From the NCBI GenBank assembly GCA_043228905.1, contig JBHGNT010000004.1:18786001-18850000 (forward strand): 64,000 bases of DNA, written 5' to 3'. The translations under genes and the position numbers were made by a program. The notes beneath the pieces are model-generated. The model ran no database searches. It saw nothing but the letters and a program-made list of their open reading frames with translations, and was not told where the DNA came from. Position 1 is the first letter of the stretch. Each line of letters opens with the position of its first letter. Positions 13,184 through 24,318 of this stretch are shown piece by piece. The DNA comes from Azolla caroliniana. Lineage: Eukaryota; Plantae; Polypodiophyta.

Positions 13184-14467
13184 TACACACACACACCCTC
13201 TGTCTCTCTCTCTTAGTAAAAGCATACAATTATATTAATTGTATGTAAAATCTACTTGTTAGATTAGTTCTTAGTCTCCTCTACCTACCTATCCTATCAT
13301 ATGTAGGGACAAGGACATCCTATAACACCACTAGAAAACCAGATATGTACTTGAGATAATGATTCCCACATGCTCTAACATCCATAATACCTTTTCACTT
13401 CTTCAAATAGGCTTTCACCCTATGTCTATGATCAAACATGAAAGCTTTATGCATATTTCAATTGTGTTGCAGTCCCCAATATTGTAAAAATTGGAACAAT
13501 ATCTCGCCATTTTGAATAGAATGAGAAAAAACCCGTTCCTGAGGCCTCTCTCTGTGTGCGTATATAGATCGGTCTCAACTCTCCATTGATATATATCTCA
13601 ATCTAGATGTTGGTGCATTACATGACACAGACACCATTCACACACTTATAATAATATAATGCAATGATGCTACATATTCTCAAATCTTTATTCTTTACTA
13701 ATAATATTAGTTGAAATTCGATTTACACAATAACCTTTACTAAATACTCTAAAGTCTACACTTTAGGTATAATATTAATGTTTTAAGTTTTAACTATTAA
13801 ACTTATTTTTTTTAATATTGTGAAATGCACACAAGAGATCAAAACCAACCTACTTAGCTTCTTAACTCTTGCGCAATTTATAATTGATACAAAGGTACCC
13901 ATTTGGGTTAATTATGACACTTGAGGTTAGGTAACGTACCAACATAGTTTGTGGTAAACGAGGGGGAAATAATGACTCTTGACATATATGTTTCTTTTAA
14001 AAAAAAATATATATGAGCAAAATGCCTCACATATCTTTTATATGCATAAAACATTAAACATTTAACACGAGCAACCTATTTGGTTAGGTCAAGTGTTTAA
14101 TGCATTTGTTCTCGAGGTCTCGAGTTCAAATATGACCAAGACCATACAACATTGTCATACATATGACTATAATACATGTTTAGACTTTAGGTCTACGTGC
14201 ACTTCGACGTCCTCGTAATAGGACATAAAGAGCCGAAACCACATACGTGGGCATAGTAACATAGTTTATTGTTAACATTTTTTTCGTGCATAAACTATTC
14301 ATGACGCGAACATACATGGTTGAGCTTCAGGAGCCACCATGAAAAAAATCAATATAGAGATCAAGGAAAGACATTTATTTGTCACCCCCATGGTTTTTAA
14401 AACACCTTTGTGTTACCATAGTAACCTGTTCTTGAACTTTATGTCATATGTCTAGAGGGGTATTGAT

Positions 14468-16143
14468 GTGTCACATGAGATCATGATATCGATTAATGTT
14501 GGCCATGATATGTTTACATCACGACATGATGTTATGACTATTTGTCTGACCTTATCCTATTTCTTTGCTAGAAATAATCATTTAATGGCTCAGAATAACG
14601 ACCCGATGTCATCTACTCAAGCGGAAGGAAGTCAAGGAAATCCTCCTGGAGCAATCTCCATTGAGTCATATTTCTTACAAATACAAAATTTCCTTAGTTC
14701 AACCACTCAGCAGATGTCCGAACTTCGGCAATCTCAAAGTGCTCTCGAGGCACGTATCATTACTTTACAACGTGACACTAATAGACTCGATGAGCGTCAA
14801 GGTGAACCATCATTTGTCGTAAAGCCATTTACGGGAGAGAAAAAGGAAAGAACCGAAGAAGCAATCTACACGTGGCTGGGCCGATGGGAGTCTCATTTTG
14901 AGCTCTATCCCACGCTAGATAGTACGAAGATTGCATATGTCGGCCGAGAACTAGGGGGTAAGGTCGTCGCTTGGTGGTGTGCGCTCCGAACTTTGGGGAA
15001 ATTGCCCGATACCTGGACAGATTTTGTCACAGTTTTTAAAGGCCAATTTCTACAACCTCCCTCTCGAACAGAGGCAGCACAAGCTTTAATGAACCTCTCT
15101 AGCAGGAAGTTCTCCTCGCTAGAAGACTATGTCCACCATGCTAGAACCCAAATCCAAAAATCGGGTCTAGATGGGGACAATTGGTTAATAGCTTGTTTTG
15201 TCAATGGTATCCCCAATTCGGACTATCACTGGATAGTGCACGATAAGGACCCAAAATCCTTCAACGAGGCCATTGAAATAGTTCTTCGCTATCAATGCAC
15301 TTCGAAGAAGGACCATAACAAACCCAATGAAGCGCCCGAGACTAAGTAGTCGCAATTCGCTGGGAAACGCAAGACACCCAACGAATTCATGGATCGCGAT
15401 TGTAAGTGACAACATCCTTTTTGCATATTCTGCAAAAAGAAGGGTCAGACAAAAGAACAATGTCGAAAGCTCCAACGGAAAGAGCACGACAACAAAGCAA
15501 AAGTTGCAGATCATAAAGGTCAGATTCCTAATGTCTTTGAGGTCTATATACATCATTTAAGTAATTGTCAATGTTCTTTCCCTCACTATGTATTGGAACC
15601 CAATGATTTACTACGTGCAAATGGGTATGTCAATGGATCTCCCGTACAATTTTTATTTGATTCGGGAAGCTCACACAATTTTGTGAATGATCTTAGCTTC
15701 ATTGAAATAACATGCTTAGCTTCATTGAAATAACATCAGATCTTTTTTATCACCTTCGAGGAAAGTATCCTGATGACATTTATTTTGCGAAATACTAGGC
15801 AAAAGTTGAGTCTGGAACAGACACCACCACATCCTCTAAGGAATCCTTCCACATTGCTATCGGTCTGCTCTACCGTAATGGGAAGGTTTGTGTTCAGATT
15901 TTCCTGAGGTCGAAAAGAGAATTCTTTTTCAATGCCATGATGCAACCTCAGCAGGGCATCCTAGAATACATCGTACACTCGTTCTCATCTCCACTCAATT
16001 CTATTGTCTTAAGATGTGTCCTAACATACATAGCTATGTGACTAAATGTCACTAATGTCAGGTTAACAAAGCCAAGCGACTTAAAGCCGCAGGATGTCTA
16101 CATCCCTTGGACATTCCCAATAATAAGTGGGAAAGTATATCCA
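14468..16143 (+). mobile_element. Degenerate Ty3/gypsy (chromovirus-type) left part: gag, protease start, integrase Zn finger; RT/RNase H deleted
   Basis: Retrotransposon gag ORF 14468-15349; FLFDSGSSHNFV at ~15650-15685; CHDATSAGHP and PNNKWESIS at ~15930-16142. No 5' LTR found. Confidence 0.85.
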
Positions 16144-16469
16144 ACACCGGGTCATTTGAAATAGGTAATATGTTGCATTATGAGAACACTACGTCGAAAA
16201 AGGGCACAAAAGCACGCAGTTTTCAAAAAGACACGACGCATGCGTAAAGCTTTTCAGAAAAGGTGGCAAAATATATTGAATTTCAACATGACTACCACTT
16301 TGAGGCATAAGTAAAATGCCTCCAAAAATACATCACCAAATTTACAAAATAATGTACAACATGTCTACCAGTTACAATTATACATATTCGTGAGTTTACA
16401 TCCAAAACAAATTTACAAAGTTTCCGATCATGTAGTAAAACAATACCCAGCTTGAACCAAACCAATATA

Positions 16470-18916
16470 TTAAGACATGTCTGATGGACTAGAAGAGCAT
16501 TCTGACGTCTCATCCTCATCATCAGTGGCAATCAAAGCATTATCCTCATCCAATTCCAACCCAACATCTTTGTGGTTATGAGAATTGCTTTTGGTTATTC
16601 TCTGTATTTTGTTTGACACCATGTTTGGGATTTTCTCCTTTATTATCTTGATAGTTGCTTATCTTAGATGACCTGATTTTGTCAATGAGAAGTCATATAC
16701 TAGTATGTCAAAACGGTCTAGTGCGAGAGTAGCCGTGCTCGGTATATTCTTTCTTCTTCTCTTTCTGCTTGAACATCCGACATCCCTTACTAATTCAATA
16801 ATTTTTGCAATCTAAAATGGATGGCCCAAGGTATCGTCCCCTGCTAATGTTGCAACCAACATTCCCACTTGTATTTCTTGCAAATTACCTTGCCATCTTG
16901 CCTCAACAGTACGTGACTTTCTTGGTCCCACATAAATATCTCTTTGCAGTGGCCGAACTAAATCATGAAGCTCCATATTATTCGATTGTTGGTGATGAGT
17001 CAGCGATATCGTTGATGTCATCCCAATGTTCCATGTGAATGGGATACGGATTGGCCATAAACTGGCGATGTAATTATCTAAAATGGTGCGTTGATGGGTG
17101 AAGAAAATCTCCCACCATTCAACATCCTCATCACCGGCATACTTCTTAGTCCGATCAATATTATTTTGTTTCTCTGCTAGACATCTCAACCAATATGCCC
17201 TTTGTTCATCAATAGTACTATTTGGTGCTACATTTTTACGATCATCATATGGCATTTGTTGTGCACCATGTAGAGGTTCATTTGGGATATGAAGAAGGAG
17301 CCTACAACCTTCTTGGGGCTCCCATTGTGCACTAGATGAGTATTGTTTCGCAAACAACACCGTCATCTTCAGGTGGGCCGATCTTTGTTTTATGAGGAAG
17401 ACATGGTTGAAACTTATATTATTAAGAGGTGCAAGCACCCTACCTTTAGTCCCGTCACTATCCATGCAGAAACGTTTAAAGTCTTATACTTCTTCCAAGT
17501 GTTGTACTTCAGGCTTTGGTGTATATGCTTCACTAATCAATTTGGATAGCGTGGGAAGTGTGAAAGCATTACAGCGAGCAAGTTTCTTTGAGAACCTACT
17601 AAACATTTGATCTATGTGATCATGGGTATGACCAACCAACAAGAAGTTAACCTTTATCTTTTTAAATATGCCCCTCTCTACTAGCATGCTTAGATAGTTG
17701 AGTTCTTATTCTCTCTTGCTGTGTTGTCTAGTTGCACATATAGAACTGGCGGGAGTATACCTGACCATGATTGCAATACCCTGTGCATGACAGTGACAGT
17801 AAGATTAGGGTCGTTGTGGATATTGGGATAAGTTAAGAATACTTGCGGTCTTATAGTTTGACATGCACATATACTTTTCGGGAGATTGAAACGCTTTTTG
17901 TCGGTGATGCATAGCCTTAGTACGTTCCAATGCCTGACTTTCACGATGTTCTTTTAACAGGTTCTTGTAATTCTTGATCTCTACATCTGATTTTCCACCC
18001 TTGGCCATACTTTTTAAACTCGCACATATTGAGCAGACTCCCATTCGCACCTTTTGTGGGATAACCACGTTATTAAATTGTAACCTCCATAGTCGATTAA
18101 AATGCATGTACTGAATGTAAGGCTCAACATCGGAAGACATGTCGTCCTTGTACGATTGGTAAACTTCCCTTCGAGTAAAGTTATCTGACAAATGAAGTCT
18201 TCCTGTCGTTGGCATAACTTCGCACTGTTTTGAAAAATATACCTCCATCCACCTAATTGCCTGTTGCCCAATTTGACCCTTACATCCAGAACCATTTTGA
18301 TCGAACTGTACCCAGGAGCCCTTCAGAAGTCGCTCTTGAACTCGTTGCAGCCGCATATTTCCAATGCTATGAGTGATTTTAAAAGCTCCTCGACAACACT
18401 TGGTATTTAGTGCAAGGAAATATTCAACTTGCGTTGAATTAGGCCCTGCTTTGTGATCCAATTTAAGTTGCATATGCGCAAGAAGAAATGTATCTTGCTC
18501 TTCCCTATTAAGCGACAAGTATTTTTGTCGTGTTTCACGTAACCTTGACTTTCCATAAGTTGATAAACAGAGATTCGCACAACACGATTTGTTCAAGTCG
18601 CATAGAAGTTGACGATCAGAACATAAGAAATTAAATCTCTTTTCACTAACTTGTCGAGGAACTCTTTTAAATGCTAGAGGTTTAGTAATGCTATTGTTAT
18701 CTATCGACGAAGAATCGTCCGTTTGTAAGCTTGCATGAAGAGAGCATCAACAGGATCAATTGAAAATAGAGAATTCGAAGTATTAGGAGCCACACTTTTC
18801 TGTTTAAGCCACGAATGTTTTTTGTGGTCATACTCTTCTATTGAGAAATACGAGTTGTCTGACAATGAAAAGGGGGCAATAGAAAAAAGAGATGTTCTAC
18901 TTGTAGAAGAAGACAT
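16470..18916 (-). pseudogene. Sola1-like (DUF7869-type) DDD transposase, decayed
   Basis: CCRGAFKITHSIG, F..LW...F.NV.IP, CSIC, LPPVLYVQLDNTARENKN, FLLVGHTHDHIDQMFS. Internal deletions near 17865 (expected first Asp motif missing) and 17695. Acidic tail ends at TAA 16470-16472. Confidence 0.85.
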
Positions 18917-19213
18917 TTGAGGGAGTCTAACTGTATTCTAAAACCTTCTTTTGAGAAAATTAAGGAATGCTAAAGCCTAACTATATAACTACCCGAACAC
19001 TTAGATTAACTATATTATTTTCCGAAATTTTCCTAAAAAACAAATAATTAAAAATTATTTTTTATTTTAAAAGGAATGCTAAAGTCTTCTATATAAGGAG
19101 GTTAGAAATTTCATTTTCATTATCACGTGAAAGAATCCATCGAGCTCAGAGCACAGGCCAATTTTCGAGCACTCAGAAGCACATCATCGACAGCACTACC
19201 TCCGGCACGAACC

Positions 19214-22165
19214 ATGAACAAGGGAAAGAAAATCGTCAGGTTAGTAATATTCTTTACATTTTTTAAGATTCCTAAAGATTCCTTAAAGATTCCTTTCCTC
19301 AACACATAGAAATTTTATTTTATTTTGTACAACGAACTTGGAAAGCAATTTTGAAAGGCAGGACCTTCAACCAAAATCCGATGCACTGCATCGGATTCCT
19401 GACCTTTCAACGCAAATCCGATGCACTACAGCGGATTTTGGTTGAAAACAATGTTGTTTTTGCGATAAAAAACTATCGCATGGGACCATAAAATTGACGT
19501 AATTTAAATGATAATTTGCGTGATTTAGATAAAATTGTACGTTGTTTCTATGTTTTCACCAACGTTTTTAATTTCAGTGAACCCAGACAAAAAGTTCCTT
19601 CATTTAGATTGAAGATTCGATCTCCGACAAAACGAGAATCTGGCTCCTTCATCAAGGACACGAGTAAAAAGATTTTATTTGACTCAACGGGGGAAGGAGG
19701 ATCCAAGTCATCTGTGGCTACTACCAAAATCAACAAAGGTAGTACGCAAGAGGAGAAAATGGTTGAGGTGAAATATAAGGATTACCCCGAACTTGAATGG
19801 TGTCTCTCTTATGTCGAGGAGGATGGGGTGCTGTTATTGATAACGGCAAAATCGGACGGGGAAGGGAAACTTCAGCTTGGAAAAACATTTAATTACGGGC
19901 ATGTAACCAAGCTAGAGTACGAAGACATTGACTCTACATGTATTTTAATCGACATCTCGAGCTCAGTTGGCAACAGGCGATTGCGACTTGATGAGGGAAA
20001 CCTAGTACCCGAATCTTGCAATCCCAAGGCTTTGCGTAAAGACCTGCAAACGAAAAATAACTTGTTGGTAGCTCTTCGGCCGTACGTGACAGGAGAGATG
20101 ATGACCGGTGAAGCAGAAACTCCACCGAAAAAGTCTAGGAAGACAAATCCTGTTCAAAAGAAATATACTGAACGACCACGACCCGAAGAAGAAGAAGAAG
20201 AAATATTAGAGTTCGTGGAAGAAGAAGACGACCAACAAGTCGACGTCGTGGCTCCAGGTGGACAACTATCTTCTGGTGTCCTGACGTCAGAATAAAATAA
20301 AATAAGAGAAAATATTGTGAAGACTAAACTTGTGCGCAAGGGCCAACTATTTCATTTGCCCATTACTTCTATCCAAAGGTCCCCCATTGACCCCGTGACT
20401 GGAAGACGTCCCTTGGAAATTAGGGAGCCGCACTCCGTCCATGTGTAAAACCTGAAAAGCAAAATGAAAATCAATCCTCACGCTACTGTGGTGCCATTTT
20501 TGGTAATGGTTGATCAAGAACAATGCCCAACAGTAGCAGATTTCAAGTATGCTCTGCAGACAATTACACATACTATGTAATCCGAGGATCACATTCGGCC
20601 GAAGCTCGACGATAGCTTGTCAAAGAATATCCTCTCACGCCGTTCTTCAAGTACGCCGAATGTAAGGTATATGCAGGACTAACTCACGAGGAGGCGAAGC
20701 TGCTCGCATGGGACCATAACAATGACAACGATTATAGGCAAAAGATGTCATGTATAGAGAGGATAAGATTTTTTCATCATGAATACCTGGATGCCTTGAA
20801 TCGTTTTGGTCCAAGATTGTGGCCTGGATTGCGACGTCAGTGTTTATTGGAAGTAGGGATTGCAGTGGATGAGAGTACCAAATCCGAAGGTCTCCGAAAA
20901 TATGATTCTTGGTTTCAACTAGCTTTTCGGACCGGAGAGGTGTGGGATCTCCAAGACAAAATATTCTCTATGTGGGAGCGGAAAGAAGTCAAGGGGCAAA
21001 GATAAAAAAAGGGAAGAATTGATCCACAAGTTGAGATGAAATCAAAGACCAAGGGAAAAAGCGACTTGGTAATCGAGGAGTTAGCAGAGGAAATGAAATT
21101 TTTACCTTGGAGATCATTACAAGGTATCAAAGATGATAGATTGTTAATATCCGTGCTATCTCGAGTGGTCGCCAAGGAATTTAGTTTGGACGAGATGGTA
21201 ACAGACTTGCAAAAGTAAGTGTTTATAGTATACCTTTTCATGAAAGTCTTCAATTATTTTGAATATCTTATTTCTAATTTCATATTGATTGTGCAGTCAC
21301 AAGGTATACATGAAGATTCAGGAGTTGATGATGCAAAAACTGAGTTTACCGACATGGGAAGAAGTTGAACAAGCCTGCTCGATAACTTCTTCCTACAAGG
21401 CATTGGAGGAATATTTTATTGTATTTAGAGAATGGGTATGTGTCTTTTGAATGTTGATATGTTAGAAACTAATGTTCCCTGCTAACAACAATGACACTTG
21501 CAGAAACCATCAAAATCGAAAAAGAACAACGACAATAATGACGGTATTCCAATGGCCTTCATCACGCACTTAGAACGTGCGAAATATGAGAAGAGAATAA
21601 CCAAAGGGAAGGAAATGGAACTGCCCGAGGATTCGGAGACTGTAAAGAGTTTTTTGCATAGGTCCGATCCTTTCAAACAGCTTCATTATAGTGTTTTCAA
21701 TGGCGAAGTATCCCAGATGCTCGAACTGTTACCGAGAAGGCACTACACTTTGCTGATAGCTGACATACCATATGGTTTCCGTATTGCGGGATCAACATAT
21801 GATGATGTGCCTTTCAAGTACCCTCAGATCGAGAAAATGGTAAAGGATTTCGCAGAACTGACATTGGCCCCCTTGTGGAGGATAGTCATATTTCATAGCA
21901 TTGGGCAATCACTGTCAGTCACAACAGCTTTGAAGTCCCGTTGTCATGCCACTGAACACATGCATTGGTGCGTTATAGTTCGCTTTTACTCATTACAGTA
22001 CTTCTTATTATATGTACACATTTACACCTCTAATACTTGATTTTCTTTCTCTATAGGATCAAAACAAATATTACACGTAGCCCTGGCGATCGAATGGTTA
22101 GTGCGGTCGAACATTTTTGTGTGGGCTACTATGATTCAATTACAAAGAAGAAGGCTAGAGCACAT
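19214..22165 (+). pseudogene. Five-exon gene: ParB/Srx-like domain fused to a beta-class N6A/N4C DNA methyltransferase; 3'-truncated
   Basis: Exons 19214-19239, 19578-21214, 21297-21435, 21504-21967, 22057-~22165, all GT..AG and frame-preserving. ParB-like: LPITSI...EIRE...HV*NLK..M..NP...PFLVMVD...YYVIRGSHSAEARR...CKVYAGLTHEEAKLLAWDHN. MTase: YSVFNGEVSQMLELLPRRHYTLLIADIPYG...HMHW|IKTN...RMVSAVEHFCVG. Four in-frame stops and one frameshift (~20550). Confidence 0.8.
19366..19446. repeat. Two 23-bp palindromes 40 bp apart, inside a 15-bp inverted repeat, in intron 1 of the ParB-MTase gene
   Basis: AATCCGATGCA-C-TGCATCGGATT at 19375-19397 (perfect); degenerate copy at 19415-19437; outer IR TTCAACCAAAATCCG / CGGATTTTGGTTGAA. 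Confidence 0.9.
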
Positions 22166-23380
22166 GTCCGATGGATAGATAGAACGGGTAAATCAAATTA
22201 TTGAGGACATGCTTCGAGCATACGTTGGTGCAAAACCAACAAAATGGGAACGTTATCTCCCAATTTTGGACTTTGTTTATAACAGCTCCACGCATACGTC
22301 AATGGGATATAGTCCTTTTATGTTGATGTTTGTTTTTCAGCCACGAGCCCCGATTGATGTTAATATACATCATGATGAGTTGCGAAGTACACAAAACTTT
22401 CTTCGGGATATGCAAGATATGTTGCATATTGCACAAGATAATATAAAAACAGCTCAAGATAGAGCGCGTTTTTACGCCGATCATAATAGGCAACCTCGTG
22501 TATTCAACCTTGGACAGAAGGTATTTTTACGTGTACCTCACAATTCTAAGACATTGTCTACAGGTAAGTGCGCTAAGTTAGCCCCACGGTTTTGTGGACC
22601 TTTTCAAGTCCTCAAACACATTGGTTCATCAGCCTATCGTCTCGCTCTTCCCGATGGCGTTGAAATTCATCCAGTTTTTCATGTAAGTCGTCTAAAAGAA
22701 CTTCTAGGTTCTAGCGATAGTATATTTACAGTAGAAACTCTTGTTACTTCTGAAGAATTATCTTCTAAACCACATGTACCAGAAATAATTCTCGATGTTA
22801 AAACAAAAAATCTGCGTACTAAAATAATTCGAGAATTTATAATTAAATGGATGGATAAATCTATCAAAGATGCCACATGGGAACGCAAAAATACTCTTAG
22901 AACTAACTTCCCTAACTTTCCATTGCAAGAGTGCAATGTTTTAAAGAGGGGGGAGTATGTTACGGGCATGACCATATAATATCCCGTGGTGAGAATTTAT
23001 CGTAGTATTTTATACACGTGGATAAGTGTGAGGGTTAAACGAGAGTGTAAAGAAGGGGAGGATTACTTTTAATCCTCGAGATTGAGACAACCCATTAGGC
23101 CAAGTGTGAACTTGCTTGGGGGCCTTGGCTATCGCTATAAATATGAGGCCTAACTACCTTCATTTCATCATATCTTGACTATGTCGAGACTCTGTTTCGT
23201 GGTGAGTCAACTCTTGTAGCGAGCGCGCCAGCACCAGGTACGACTCGACGCCATGGCGGTGGTATGGGACGTCGATTGAGGCTCGAGTCCGTCTCGATCC
23301 CTTCACTAATGGGTGGTCAGGTGGATCAACACCCTTCTTTCTCTCTCTCCTTTCTATCAATCTATCTTTTATCCTTATCA
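22166..23380 (+). mobile_element. Chromovirus right part: integrase C-terminus with GPF motif and chromodomain, PPT and 3' LTR (22958-~23380)
   Basis: SDG*IERVNQIIEDMLRAYV, KLAPRFCGPF, IHPVFHVS, chromodomain PEIILD...IKW...DATWE. PPT AAGAGGGGGGAG. LTR TGTTACGG...CCTTATCA. Confidence 0.88.
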
Positions 23381-24318
23381 TATGCTTACTTTAGATCATA
23401 ACTCTAACGCCATAGCTAACTAACTAGTTACCAAATGATGTAGTAGTCTCAATAGTAGATTTTGTTGGGTATGTGAGGAAGAGTGAGAAACACACAAGAG
23501 GCACACACAAGAAGCTCAAACAAAGAAGCACTCACACAAGGAAGACAATGGCTGGAATAGCTCTCTCTATTGATGAATAATACAAAAACTAATAGGAGCT
23601 GAAATATATATCCCTAAGTACTAAGTACCACCACATATGAGTGACTCATGTATGTGGTAACATGGGGAAAAAACCTCTAGCCAGCACTAGAGTAAAAAGT
23701 GCCCATGTATAGGGAAAAATGGTTCACATCAAAGCTACTCGAGGAACACGTAAGTGTAACAAACCCCCCTGGAGCGAATGATGTAAACATGTACAAGGAG
23801 TGACAGATTAGCCCCCACAAGGCAATAAGCCTAAAGCTTTGCGAAAAGCGTCAAACTTTTCTCGTGGAAGAACTTTGGTGAATATGTCTGCCACATTATC
23901 TTGTGTAGGCACATATACCAAATCAATATCTCCTGCATGAAGGCACTCTCTCACATAGTGATAATGCACCTCGATATGTTTGGTCTGTGCATGAAATACG
24001 GGATTCCGTGCAACAGCCAATGCACTCTGACTATCTGTGAGAATTTGTGTAGCGACATCAATCTCCATGCAAAGATCCATCAAAAGGCGTCTTAGCCATA
24101 TACACTCCACTGTAGTTGTGAAAACTGCCCTGTACTCAGCTTCACAACTTGATGTCGCCACTGTAGGTTGCTTTTTACTCAACCAAGATATACATGAGTT
24201 TCCAAGGAAAAAGCAATTACCATTAGTGGACACGCGAGTATCGTAACAACCAACCCAATCACTATCTGTAAAAGCATGCAAGCACGACTGAGTATCTCTA
24301 CCATAAAAGAGACCCAAG

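Noticed and set aside
14150-14460. 5' LTR of the chromovirus
   Set aside because: No similarity to the LTR at 22958-23380 and no PBS seen. The left and right gypsy parts may not even be the same copy.
16144-16260. Terminal inverted repeat of the Sola1-like element
   Set aside because: The left junction is plausible, but no matching inverted copy was found. The right end seems deleted together with the integrase core, so TIR and TSD cannot be called.
19214-22165. Bacterial contamination as the source of the ParB-MTase
   Set aside because: The gene has four frame-preserving spliceosomal introns and C>T-type nonsense decay, and it is embedded among plant retrotransposons.
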